Both the position numbers and the translations under genes were made by a program. A stretch of DNA of 64,000 bases from a bacterium BMS3Bbin13 (GTDB taxonomy: Bacteria; Pseudomonadota; Gammaproteobacteria; 21-64-14): assembly GCA_002897735.1 (NCBI GenBank), contig BDTW01000052.1:634-64633 (forward strand). Reading direction: 5' to 3'. Shown here in pieces: positions 10,301 to 18,413 of this stretch (the stretch's first letter is position 1; each line of letters begins with the position of its first letter). The notes below the pieces were generated by a model that was not told the DNA's origin, did no database searches, and worked only from the letters and a program-made list of their open reading frames with translations.

Positions 10301-10985
10301 CGAGGGGTTCGGCGTCCGTGGCCGCGCCGATCCGACCGGCGGCGGTGCCGGCGAGTCGTCGTTCGGCGGCCTCCAGGAAGGCGTTCTGCACGGCATCCTT
10401 ATGGCGGTTCAGGACGCCCAGGGCCTGGAGATTCGCGTTCTGCACGGCAATCTCGCGACTGTCTTCGGCGGCCTGGAACAGGACCTCGTTGAGATCCTGA
10501 TAGAACCGCTGGATGAGCGGTGCCAGTATCTCGCGTACCCGGTGGTTGCATCCTTGCACCACTCGGGGGCGATCCGCCGGATTCAGCGCCTGGTCGGCGT
10601 CCGTCGCGACGGCCCCGTTCGAGACCGTTTGCCGGGCGAGGTCCCGGACGGTTTCCTGCAGCCGCTGCAGGGCGGAGAGATCCGGGTCGATGAAGGCCAG
10701 CCCGGCGCTGTCGCCATCGGCGTGCACGATGCGGCCCCGGAAGTCGAGGTGCGACCGATCCCCGCCGGGAGGCAGGGCGCAATGCACGGTGACGGTTTCC
10801 CCGACGGACAGCGCCAGGGGGGACGGGAAGCCGAGCAGCAGCCCCCCCAGGCAATACTGGCGCACGGTGCACGGGCGCGGAGCGGCCCCCGGTATTTGGA
10901 GTTGCGCCGCCAGTCGCGCCGGCTCGCGGCGAAAAGCGCGACGATCACGGCCGTCACCGCGGGGCGTGGGTTCGCGTGAGGCCAT
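7392..10985 (-). CDS. multidomain c-di-GMP signalling protein: N-terminal PilZ-like domain, long central region, GGDEF, EAL
   Basis: 1197 aa. N-terminus has RxxxR (RRAFRR) and a CLGGLLLGF D/NxSxxG-like motif; a Pro/Ala/Gly/Ser-rich low-complexity stretch follows; GGDEF block DPLTGLINR...LGYEAGDALL...RVGPDQFAIL; EAL block QKIVPLQEH...EITETAGIAS...DDFGSGMSSYAYL...LKIDGAF. Confidence 0.8.
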   Translation of the reverse strand: MASREPTPRGDGRDRRAFRREPARLAAQLQIPGAAPRPCTVRQYCLGGLLLGFPSPLALSVGETVTVHCALPPGGDRSHLDFRGRIVHADGDSAGLAFIDPDLSALQRLQETVRDLARQTVSNGAVATDADQALNPADRPRVVQGCNHRVREILAPLIQRFYQDLNEVLFQAAEDSREIAVQNANLQALGVLNRHKDAVQNAFLEAAERRLAGTAAGRIGAATDAEPLAMPASDSLSLVEPQAFEEWLSITGLVGKVETEHRETLTALTRRLSLVLGTPINDRNNPYGPALFAESLQEAIASLDLAHSAKLVCYKALKAGAHTVAGQLYGALNDFLIEQGVLPNLTFSFKRAGEPRTQPPQTRADAGGPAPGDVPSAVDAPDTPSATPGPSTGTGPGGAAASSDPAAYRPAGAGTVSVPDLYQLVGDLRSLQSRLGRSVPQAGVAAGPAAGDSTPSHASTAAGPATARPYNTTELLEALSSPEFRRQLAASSGASGTVDVRRELETVLAGGAHGAASKDIPEHQGRVIDVAGNLFASLLTDLQVARSVRPWIEKLEVPVLKMALLDDRLFLDKNHVVRQVINKLSELEILADSENERERAALQHAFRWIVNLINTEFDGTTAVFHRVARQLDLLLRVQNDTYRKNLGEVVAECVRREPTEEPAPQARQRPDTEDTDEWLRRVRRLEEGHWILFDARRAEPKRLKTAWIAPHSAKYVFVNVLGRKERIVGEAQLAALLHDGDAVVLDAADEPAMDRAQYSMLQKLHRQLLYQAAHDPLTGLINRVQFKKCLAEAVAGAKYTERRHALVFLDIDQFKVVNNTLGYEAGDALLKDLAALLESRIGADHTLGRVGPDQFAILLRDHSVDQALGVVEAQMEELHGHRVSWRDQRLSISVSVGLVGIHAHEENESALLQAAESSCGVAKEKGGGRTQIYHSRHAALSRRREEMKWAMLIDRALDEDALNLRCQKIVPLQEHISQQVWYELLLGLSDELSGQMALQEFIRAAEHYSRIIEVDRWVIRNAFEWIAHHEDELLGIGGFTINLSGPSLNDERLIRYVNEQAARTGVPMHRICFEITETAGIASLSDASDFINVIKSTGCKFSLDDFGSGMSSYAYLKNLPVDFLKIDGAFVRDLAENTSDFAVVKSMCEVGHFMEKAVIAEFVQSERSIELLRGLGVDYAQGYAVERPHRLEELLIA

Positions 10986-11153
10986 CGTCGTGCGGATCCT
11001 CGCTGATACCGTCCCTGTCCGGCTCCCCCGAAGACTCCCCGGGACCGTAGGCTTGCCTCATTGATCGGCGCGACACGCGGACCCTTTAGCGGGACCCGTG
11101 CGTGGCGGGTCCGGCGGGGGTCCATCTCGCGCCCGGGCCCGTATAATGACCCG

Positions 11154-11819
11154 ATGGCCGGTTGTTGCTCTCTACACGCCCGCTCCACCGGGAGGTGCTT
11201 CTCCCGGTTCGCACGCCGTTACCGCCGGCGCTTCGAGCGCCGCGGCTTCGAGACCTCCCAGCGCCAACTGGTCGCCGGCCTGGAGCAGGCCGGCCTCCGG
11301 GGTGCGACCCTGCTCGAGATCGGCGCAGGGGTGGGCTACCTCCATCAGACGCTCCTGGAACGTGGCGCCGGTTCGGCGATGGGTGTCGATCTCGCGCCGG
11401 AGATGATCGTTCAGGCCGAGGATCGGGCGCGGGCGCGGGGGCTCGCCGTGCGCACCCGCTACCTGTGCGGCGATTTTCTGGAGCTGGCGGACGCCGTTCC
11501 CGAGGCCGACGTGACGATCCTCGACAAGGTGATCTGTTGTTACCCCGATGCCGATGGCTTGGTGCGCGCCTCGCTGGCCCGGACCCGGCGGGTCTATGCC
11601 CTCACGTATCCGCGCGACCGCGGCTTCGTGCGCTTCGCCGTGGCGGCGGCGTCCCTGGCGTTGCGGCTGGTGCGCTCGGACTTCCGGTTCTATGTGCACG
11701 ACCCGGCACGGATCGAGCAGTGGATCACCGGAGCCGGCTTCGTGAAGCGCTATGAGAACCGTACGCCGGTGTGGCTTACGCAGGTCTTCGAGCGCGCGAT
11801 CCCGGCGGCGGCCGGATGA
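11154..11819 (+). CDS. SAM-dependent methyltransferase (class I, Cys-containing N-terminus)
   Basis: ORF 11061..11819; motif I LLEIGAGVGYL, VDLAPEMI, acidic post-II DVTILDKVICCYP; first ATG about 11154 sits 6 nt after a TATAAT hexamer. Confidence 0.6.
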   Translation: MAGCCSLHARSTGRCFSRFARRYRRRFERRGFETSQRQLVAGLEQAGLRGATLLEIGAGVGYLHQTLLERGAGSAMGVDLAPEMIVQAEDRARARGLAVRTRYLCGDFLELADAVPEADVTILDKVICCYPDADGLVRASLARTRRVYALTYPRDRGFVRFAVAAASLALRLVRSDFRFYVHDPARIEQWITGAGFVKRYENRTPVWLTQVFERAIPAAAG

Positions 11820-11852
11820 GGGCCGGCGTGCCGGTGGTGCGGCGGCGGTTGC

Positions 11853-12272
11853 TCAGGGGATCTGGATCTTGCCGTCGCCCGGCAGGCCGCCGAGTCCGCC
11901 CGGACCGCCTACACCCCCGAGTCCGCCGGAGCCGGATTCGGGGAGTACGATGGAGGAATTCGTCTCCCGGCGTAGCTCCTTGAGTTCCTCCATTGCACGT
12001 TCCACCGCCTCCTCGGTGGCCCCGGAGAAGCCCTGCACGGCTTCCTCCAGGGAGGACGCCGGGATCTCGAAGGACAGGGGCAACGCCCCCATCGGGGTCA
12101 GCAGCTGGGCTTGGCCGGAGTAGGCCACCGTGCGCGTCTCGTCCGGGGAGCCGTCCGCGCGCACCGGGGTCAGCCGCCGAATGGTCCCCACACGGCGGTC
12201 GGTGAAAATCTCCTCCCGGTACAGGCCGCCCGGGTCCATTCGCGTATCGCTCGTCCTGTTGTCGGAAGCCAT
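11853..12272 (-). CDS. hypothetical protein with Gly-rich C-terminal tail
   Basis: 139-aa ORF divergent from adk; no motif recognised; tail GSGGLGGVGGPGGLGGLPGDG; coding status supported only by ORF length and codon bias. Confidence 0.35.
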   Translation of the reverse strand: MASDNRTSDTRMDPGGLYREEIFTDRRVGTIRRLTPVRADGSPDETRTVAYSGQAQLLTPMGALPLSFEIPASSLEEAVQGFSGATEEAVERAMEELKELRRETNSSIVLPESGSGGLGGVGGPGGLGGLPGDGKIQIP

Positions 12273-12464
12273 GCCGTGCGCCTCTCGCTGTGGTTTGAAG
12301 GGGTACTGTTATCGATTCGACAGTTTAACAGATCCCACGCCGAAACCGGCCTCGCCCGCGTGGGACCGGTGGCGCGCCGGGGCGAAAAGGCGCACAATGC
12401 GCATCGGTTCTCCGGTTGGGCAAGGCTCTGGCCGGATTGGTGTTTCCGAGACAGGGGATTGCAG

Positions 12465-13112
12465 ATGAGACTGATTTTGCTGGGCGCGCCGGGCGCCGGA
12501 AAGGGTACCGTGGCCAAGCGGCTCACCGCAGTGGATGGCTCCGTTCAGATTTCCACGGGCGACATCCTGCGTGGGGCGGTGCAGGCGGGTACCGAACTGG
12601 GCATCGAAGCCCAGGGGTACATGAAGCGCGGCGACCTGGTACCGGACGCCTTGATCCTCGGCATCATGGGGAAGCGCCTCCAGGAACCGGATTGCACCAG
12701 TGGATTCCTGCTCGATGGTTTCCCGCGCACCATTCCCCAGGCAGAGGCCCTGCGTGACCTGCTCCGGGACCTGGGTATCCATCTGGACGCGGCGATCAAC
12801 CTCGTCGTCCCGCGTGAGGTGATCCTCGACCGGCTCACCACCCGGCGCACCTGCTCCAACCCCAAGTGCCAGGAGATCTACAACGTCAAGAGCAAACCGC
12901 CCAAGCAGGAAGGTGTCTGCGACAAGTGCGGCAGCCCGGTGGTGCAGCGCGAGGACGAGACCGAGGAGGCGATCAGCAAGCGGCTGGACACCTATAATGA
13001 GAAAACCGCTCCGCTGGCCGGCTTCTACGAAGGCGAAGGGCTGCTGTTCGATGTGAGCAGTACCTCTAGTGATGAGGTGGTGGCGGCAATCCGGGGGAAA
13101 GTCGGCGTCTGA
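12465..13112 (+). CDS. adk: adenylate kinase (long type with Zn-binding lid)
   Basis: MRLILLGAPGAGKGT P-loop, LLDGFPRT, lid with CxxC...CxxC (CSNPKCQ...CDKCG), 215 aa from ATG about 12465 inside ORF 12111..13112. Confidence 0.93.
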   Translation: MRLILLGAPGAGKGTVAKRLTAVDGSVQISTGDILRGAVQAGTELGIEAQGYMKRGDLVPDALILGIMGKRLQEPDCTSGFLLDGFPRTIPQAEALRDLLRDLGIHLDAAINLVVPREVILDRLTTRRTCSNPKCQEIYNVKSKPPKQEGVCDKCGSPVVQREDETEEAISKRLDTYNEKTAPLAGFYEGEGLLFDVSSTSSDEVVAAIRGKVGV

Positions 13113-13332
13113 TCCGGCCGGCGGCGCCGCGTGCGGTGCCGCACTCGGGGGCGAGGCCGGCGGTGCGTTGCGCAGCGTCGGCTTCCGGCCCCGGTTACCG
13201 GCGAAGGAGTGCATGGCATCGTCGAAGTCCGGGTGGTGGCGCCCGGCCTGCCGTCGTTCTCGACTCCGGATCCGTGCGACCCCGTCGCCGCAGTAGAACA
13301 TCCCAAGCCCGACAGGCTGCGCGCCCGGGGAC

Positions 13333-14043
13333 GTGCCCGCCACCATGAACTACTATCCGCTTGCCCTGCCGTTCTTTTTTATCCTGCTCGGGGCCCTGGC
13401 CGGCCTTCTGGTCATGGTCGAGATCGGTGTACTGCGCTATACCTACGAGCGCATCGGGATCCACCCCCGGTATGTCTTCGCGCTGCTGCTGGTCTCGCTG
13501 CTGGGGGCGTACATCAATATCCCGGTCGCACACCTGCCCCCCCACCAAGTGCTGTCGGGGCGGGAGGTGGATTTCTTCGGGATGCGCTACGTGATCCCGG
13601 TGGTGGTCCACTGGCCGGGCACCGTGATCGCGGTCAACGTGGGCGGTGCGTTGGTGCCTACGGCCGTCTCGCTCTACCTCCTGGTGCGGAACCACTTGTG
13701 GGGACTGGGCCTCATCGGTGTGGCGATCGTCACGGCGGTGTGCCACGGGCTCGCCCACCCGGTCCCCGGCGTCGGCATCGCCGTGCCGGTGTTCGTGCCG
13801 CCGCTCGTCACCGCCGCCGTGGCGATCCTGCTCTCGCGGCGCTACGCCGCGCCGCTCGCCTATATCAGCGGCAGCCTGGGCACGCTGATCGGTGCGGACC
13901 TGCTCAACCTGGACAAGCTTCAGGGACTCGGCGCGCCGGTGGCCTCGATCGGCGGGGCGGGGACCTTCGACGGCGTGTTCCTGACCGGGATCCTCGCGGT
14001 GCTGTTGGCGGGGCTGGTGGTCGGGCGAGCGCCGGTGAACTGA
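13333..14043 (+). CDS. DUF1614-family integral membrane protein
   Basis: 236 aa, 6-7 hydrophobic helices; recalled to resemble DUF1614 membrane proteins; start GTG 13333 or ATG 12 nt downstream. Confidence 0.5.
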   Translation: MPATMNYYPLALPFFFILLGALAGLLVMVEIGVLRYTYERIGIHPRYVFALLLVSLLGAYINIPVAHLPPHQVLSGREVDFFGMRYVIPVVVHWPGTVIAVNVGGALVPTAVSLYLLVRNHLWGLGLIGVAIVTAVCHGLAHPVPGVGIAVPVFVPPLVTAAVAILLSRRYAAPLAYISGSLGTLIGADLLNLDKLQGLGAPVASIGGAGTFDGVFLTGILAVLLAGLVVGRAPVN

Positions 14044-14204
14044 GGCGTGCCCGTCGTCACAAGCGGATTGGCGCGCATCTTGCTTTGTTTTGAGCCGTGC
14101 CGAGCCCCCGGGTTTTCGGCGCCGGGGGTGCGCGCCCCCGGGAACAGGTCGCACCGGACCGGGTCCGGCCGGCGATCCGCTCATCGAACCGCACGGGGGG
14201 CCGG

Positions 14205-15653
14205 GTGAATTCCCAGCACACACTGGATCCGTCGGATTGGGAAGCGTTCCGGGCCCAGGGGCACCGGATGCTGGACGACATCCTGGACCACCTGGAGCAT
14301 ATCCGCGAGCGCCCGGTCTGGCAGCCGATCCCCGATGAAGTCCGGGCGGCGTTTCGCGAGCCGCTCCCGCGCGCACCGGCGGCGCTCGCGGACGTGCATG
14401 AGACCTTCCTGCGCCGGATCCTGCCGTTCGCCGTCGGCAACACCCATCCCGGGTTCCTGGGGTGGGTCCATGGAGGCGGCACACCGGTCGGCATGCTCGC
14501 CGAGATGCTGGCGGGTGGGCTGAACGCCAACCTCGGCGGTCGCGACCAGATCCCGATCGAGGTCGAACGCCAGGTCGCCGAGTGGGCCCGCGAACTGTTC
14601 GGGTTCCCGCCGGGCGCCGGCGGCCTGTTCGTGACGGGCACCTCGATGGCGAACCTGCTCGGCGTGCTGGTGGCGCGCACCGCCGTCCTGGGCCCCGAGA
14701 GTCGCCAAAAAGGAATGGCGGCATCCGCCGGATCGTTGACGGCCTACGCCTCCGCCGCGGCCCACGGGTCGATCGCGCGTGCGCTCGATCTCGCCGGGCT
14801 CGGGAGCGATGCATTGCGCCTCGTCCCGACCGACTCGCAGCACTGCATCGATACCGCCGCGCTGGAACGGGCGATCGCCGCGGATCGCGCCGCCGGCCGG
14901 ACCCCGTTCCTGCTCATCGGGACCGCCGGCACCGTCGACGTGGGTGCGATCGACGATCTCACACGCCTGGCGGAGATCGCCGACCGGGAGGCCGTCCGGC
15001 TGCACGTCGACGGCGCCTACGGGGCGCTGGCGATGCTCGCTCCCGAACTGGCACCGCGCTTGCGCGGCATCGAGCGTGCGCAATCGATCGCCTTCGATTT
15101 CCACAAATGGGGCCAAGTGCCCTACGACGCGGGCTTCTTCCTGGTTCGGGATCGCGCCTTGCAGCTCGCCGCCTTCGACTCGCCCGCCGCATATCTGCGG
15201 CGCGAGGCGCGCGGGATGGCGGCGGGCTCGCCGTGGCCCTGCGATCTGGGACCCGATCTCTCGCGCGGGTTCCGGGCGCTGAAGACCTGGTTCACCCTCA
15301 AGGTCTACGGCACCGAGGCGCTCGGGCGGGCGATCTACGGGACCTGCCGGCTCGCGCAGTATCTCAGGCACCGCGTCGAGGAGACGCCGGAGCTGGAACT
15401 CCTCGCCCCGGTGTCCCTGAACATCGTCTGCTTCCGCCACCGGGGCGAGCGGCCCGACGCGCTCAACGCCGACATCGTCGCCGCGCTGCACGAGTCGGGG
15501 ATCGCCGCGCCCTCGACGACCACCCTGAACGGGCGCCTGGCGATCCGCGCGGCGATCGTCAATCACCGTACCGAGCGGCGCGACCTCGATGCGCTCATCG
15601 ACGCGACGTTGAAATTCGGCGCGCGCTGCGCGCGCGCCCCCGGCGCCTCATGA
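14205..15653 (+). CDS. group II PLP-dependent amino-acid decarboxylase (DABA/aromatic-L-amino-acid decarboxylase family), substrate unknown
   Basis: ORF 14097..15653; HPGFLGWVHGGGTPVGMLAEMLAGGLN, TGTSMANLLGV, HVDGAYGA, PLP-lysine motif DFHKWGQVPYDAGFF; start GTG about 14205 or ATG 14268. Confidence 0.8.
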   Translation: MNSQHTLDPSDWEAFRAQGHRMLDDILDHLEHIRERPVWQPIPDEVRAAFREPLPRAPAALADVHETFLRRILPFAVGNTHPGFLGWVHGGGTPVGMLAEMLAGGLNANLGGRDQIPIEVERQVAEWARELFGFPPGAGGLFVTGTSMANLLGVLVARTAVLGPESRQKGMAASAGSLTAYASAAAHGSIARALDLAGLGSDALRLVPTDSQHCIDTAALERAIAADRAAGRTPFLLIGTAGTVDVGAIDDLTRLAEIADREAVRLHVDGAYGALAMLAPELAPRLRGIERAQSIAFDFHKWGQVPYDAGFFLVRDRALQLAAFDSPAAYLRREARGMAAGSPWPCDLGPDLSRGFRALKTWFTLKVYGTEALGRAIYGTCRLAQYLRHRVEETPELELLAPVSLNIVCFRHRGERPDALNADIVAALHESGIAAPSTTTLNGRLAIRAAIVNHRTERRDLDALIDATLKFGARCARAPGAS

Positions 15654-16870
15654 GTTCCGATCCGGATACGCCGCGGCGCACCGTGGGCCGCACCCCGCTG
15701 ATGGGTCTGGCGACGCTGATGGAGCGGGTGTTCGCCGGCGCCGGTCTCGGTCCCTTGGCGCAACGCCTGATCGACCGGGCGAGCGCCGATCCCGAAGACG
15801 CGGAGGCGTTGCTCGACCTGTCGAGCGCCCTCTATCTTGCGAACAACCCCGATCTCGCCCGCGCCACGCAGGAGCAGGCGCTGGCGATCCGCCGGCTCTA
15901 TTCGCTCGCGCGCCCGGCGGATCCGCCCGGCCTGCGCGTGCTCGCGATCATGGCGCCGGGCGAACCGTCGGCCAATACACCCGTCGACTTCCTGGTCGAG
16001 AATTCCGATGTCGCGCTCGACCTCTACTATCTGGTGCCCGGCCGGCCGGAGGCGCCCCCGGTGGACGACTATGACCGGATATTCGTCGCCGTGGGCGAAT
16101 CCGACCGCAACGCCCCCATCCTGCGGGAGGCCGAGGCGTTACTGGCGGGGTGCGCGTGTCCGGTGCTCAATGCGCCGGCGCACATCGCCCGCCTGTCCCG
16201 CGATCACGTATTCGCGGCCCTGCACTCGGCCCCGGGGATCGTCGTGCCGGCCACCGCGCGCGTCGGCCGGCACGCGCTCGAAGGGATCGCGGCGCAAGGT
16301 CCCGCCGCCCATCCGGTCGTGGAAGGCGCGGGGTTCCCGATCGTCGTCCGCCCGGTCGGTTCGCACGCCGGCCGGGGGCTGGCGAAACTCGACGCGCCCT
16401 CCGCCCTCCCCGAGTACCTGCGCACCGCGCCGGGGGACGAGTTCTACGCGATGCCGTTCGTGGACTACCGGGGGGCCGACGGCCTGTTCCGAAAATACCG
16501 CGTGGTCCTGATCGGGGGCCGGCCCTATGCCTGCCACATGGCGATCTCCGATCACTGGATGATCCACTATCTCAACGCCGGCATGGGGGAGAGCGCCGCC
16601 AAGCGCGCCGAGGAGGCCCGCTTCTTCGCTCGGTTCGAGGAGGACTTTGCGCGACGCCACCACGACGCGCTCCGGACCCTCGGCGAAGGCGTGGCGCTCG
16701 ACTACTTCGGTATCGATTGCGGCGAGACCGCGACCGGTGAACTGCTGATCTTCGAGGTCGACAGCGCACTGATCGTCCACGCGCTGGATCCGGTCGATCT
16801 CTATCCGTACAAACCGCCCCAGATGCGCAAGGTGTTCGACGCGTTTCGCGCGCTGCTCGGCGCCGGCTGA
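15650..16870 (+). CDS. ATP-grasp family ligase-like protein with short TPR-like N-terminal remnant
   Basis: 406 aa from an ATG that overlaps the decarboxylase stop (ATGA); C-terminal 300 aa (PIVVRPVGSHAGRGLAKL, YRVVLIGGRPYACHMAISDHWMIHYLNAG, LLIFEVDSALIVH) has ATP-grasp fold features (recalled resemblance to RimK-like / TPR-ATP-grasp proteins); it is listed in the ORF track only as the tail of a longer out-of-frame ORF 14462..16870. Confidence 0.65.
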   Translation: MSSDPDTPRRTVGRTPLMGLATLMERVFAGAGLGPLAQRLIDRASADPEDAEALLDLSSALYLANNPDLARATQEQALAIRRLYSLARPADPPGLRVLAIMAPGEPSANTPVDFLVENSDVALDLYYLVPGRPEAPPVDDYDRIFVAVGESDRNAPILREAEALLAGCACPVLNAPAHIARLSRDHVFAALHSAPGIVVPATARVGRHALEGIAAQGPAAHPVVEGAGFPIVVRPVGSHAGRGLAKLDAPSALPEYLRTAPGDEFYAMPFVDYRGADGLFRKYRVVLIGGRPYACHMAISDHWMIHYLNAGMGESAAKRAEEARFFARFEEDFARRHHDALRTLGEGVALDYFGIDCGETATGELLIFEVDSALIVHALDPVDLYPYKPPQMRKVFDAFRALLGAG

Positions 16871-17053
16871 TCCTCGCCCCGCCGGTCGGTGCCCGGGCGC
16901 TCCCCACATTGGTGCGTGAGGGTCCGTTTGCGCACTATCGCAGCCCACGCGCGCACACAAGTCGTGCGTTTCCGTACGACACACCTCCCGGCGGCATTCC
17001 CACTGCCCCGATAGTATATTGATTTTCGGCAGGTTTTTCCTTGGCTCCTTGGT

Positions 17054-17069
17054 GTGGCCCGGTTGTTGC
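17054..17069 (+). promoter_or_regulatory. sigma54 (-24/-12) promoter candidate upstream of porin/urt genes
   Basis: TGGCCC-N5-TTGCA with GG and GC spaced 12 nt as in the consensus TGGCAC-N5-TTGCA; about 90 nt upstream of the porin start. Confidence 0.5.
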
Positions 17070-17157
17070 ATTCACGCTCCCGTCCCGTGGCGCGGGCTCG
17101 TTCTTCGGAGCGGGTGGTGCGCCGCAACGTTCGGAGCCGTCGACTGGAGAACCCGTT

Positions 17158-18348
17158 ATGAACCGAGCCATTCCTATCCGCCGCAACCTCGTAACCGCAA
17201 TGACCATTGCCGGAACTCTTCTCGTTGCGCTCCCCGGTGTGTCCGCCGCCACCCCGTTGAGCCGGCAGGTCCAGACCCTCGGCGAGAAGGTCCAGCAGTT
17301 GGAGGGGTCGGCAGGTCTGTTGAGCGGCATCAGCATCTCCGGCTACATCGATCCGACCTATGTCTACAACAGCCGCCAGCACATCAGTTCGTTCTTCTTC
17401 GGCGATAAGACGGCACCGTACAGGTTCTACCACAGCACCTTCGGGGACCTGTTTCTGAACGTCACCAAGAAGTTTTCGGGCGGCGGCACCCTGGATATTC
17501 AGATCATGCCCAACCGCGGCTACGGCGCCGGGGTCGGCAGCATCATCAATGCCGCCTATTTCACGGTGCCGGTGACCGGGAAGTTCTCGGTGATCGGAGG
17601 TCAGATGCCGGCGTGGGACGGCTACGAGCCGCAGATTTCGACCGGGATGTACACGGTGACCCACAACCTCCTGTTCGGTTTCAGCGAGCCCGCGTTTTTC
17701 ACCGGAGTGGGCGGGCAATACGCCGGCGGCCCCTATACCGTGCAGATGCTCGTCGCGAACACCTGGAACAGCGCCTTCAACAACAGTTTCCGTGAACCGA
17801 CTCTCGAGTACCGGCTCTCGGCGGCCCCCTCTTCGTCGTTCAGCTACGGGCTGTACGGCACCATCGGGAGGATCGCCGGCACCCACTCCGGCACGGGACC
17901 CACCACACGGTTCTTCAACGACCTGGACGCCACTTACAAGAGCGGTCCGCTGACCCTCAGCGGCCAGCTCGACCACGGCTACCAGAAACGCGGCGCCGCG
18001 AACGGCCGGACCGCCGAGTGGTACGGGGCCTCCGTGATGGGCAACTACCGGTTCATGCCCATGGCGGGTCTCACCTTGCGCTATGACTACCTCAACGACA
18101 CCAAGAACGGCGGCCATATCGTGAGCGACCCCCAGGACGGCTTCATCACCGATCAGGCCGATTTGAATTCCGGAACGCGGCGCCAGGCGCTTACCACTGC
18201 GCTCCTGCTTTATCCGATGAAGCACGTCACGGTGAAACTCGAGTACCGCCACGACTGGGCGAACTTCGCGACCTTCGGGCGCGGGGAGACCGGGAGCCGC
18301 CACGACTCCGATGACACCCTGGCGGCCCAGTTCCTGTTCGCCTTCTGA
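17158..18348 (+). CDS. outer-membrane beta-barrel porin, FmdC-like (short-chain amide/urea porin family)
   Basis: Signal peptide MNRAIPIRRNLVTAMTIAGTLLVALPGVSAATP, alternating amphipathic beta-strand pattern, C-terminal F; sits directly upstream of urtA, as fmdC-type porins do. Confidence 0.7.
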   Translation: MNRAIPIRRNLVTAMTIAGTLLVALPGVSAATPLSRQVQTLGEKVQQLEGSAGLLSGISISGYIDPTYVYNSRQHISSFFFGDKTAPYRFYHSTFGDLFLNVTKKFSGGGTLDIQIMPNRGYGAGVGSIINAAYFTVPVTGKFSVIGGQMPAWDGYEPQISTGMYTVTHNLLFGFSEPAFFTGVGGQYAGGPYTVQMLVANTWNSAFNNSFREPTLEYRLSAAPSSSFSYGLYGTIGRIAGTHSGTGPTTRFFNDLDATYKSGPLTLSGQLDHGYQKRGAANGRTAEWYGASVMGNYRFMPMAGLTLRYDYLNDTKNGGHIVSDPQDGFITDQADLNSGTRRQALTTALLLYPMKHVTVKLEYRHDWANFATFGRGETGSRHDSDDTLAAQFLFAF

Positions 18349-18413
18349 ACCCCGGGACATCGCGCGGCAGGCCCGTCACCACCATCGGAAAACTCGACTA
18401 GGGGATTCATCTC

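Noticed and set aside
12309-13346. 345-aa minus-strand ORF
   Set aside because: It overlaps adk, which is unambiguous on the plus strand.
14462-15649. N-terminal 396 codons of the 802-aa ORF 14462..16870
   Set aside because: This part is out of frame with, and overlaps, the decarboxylase. Only the portion from the ATG at about 15650 onward is credible (ATP-grasp protein). The upstream part is an open-frame artefact.
16801-18360. 519-aa minus-strand ORF
   Set aside because: It is antisense to the porin gene, which has a signal peptide, beta-strand periodicity and a C-terminal Phe.
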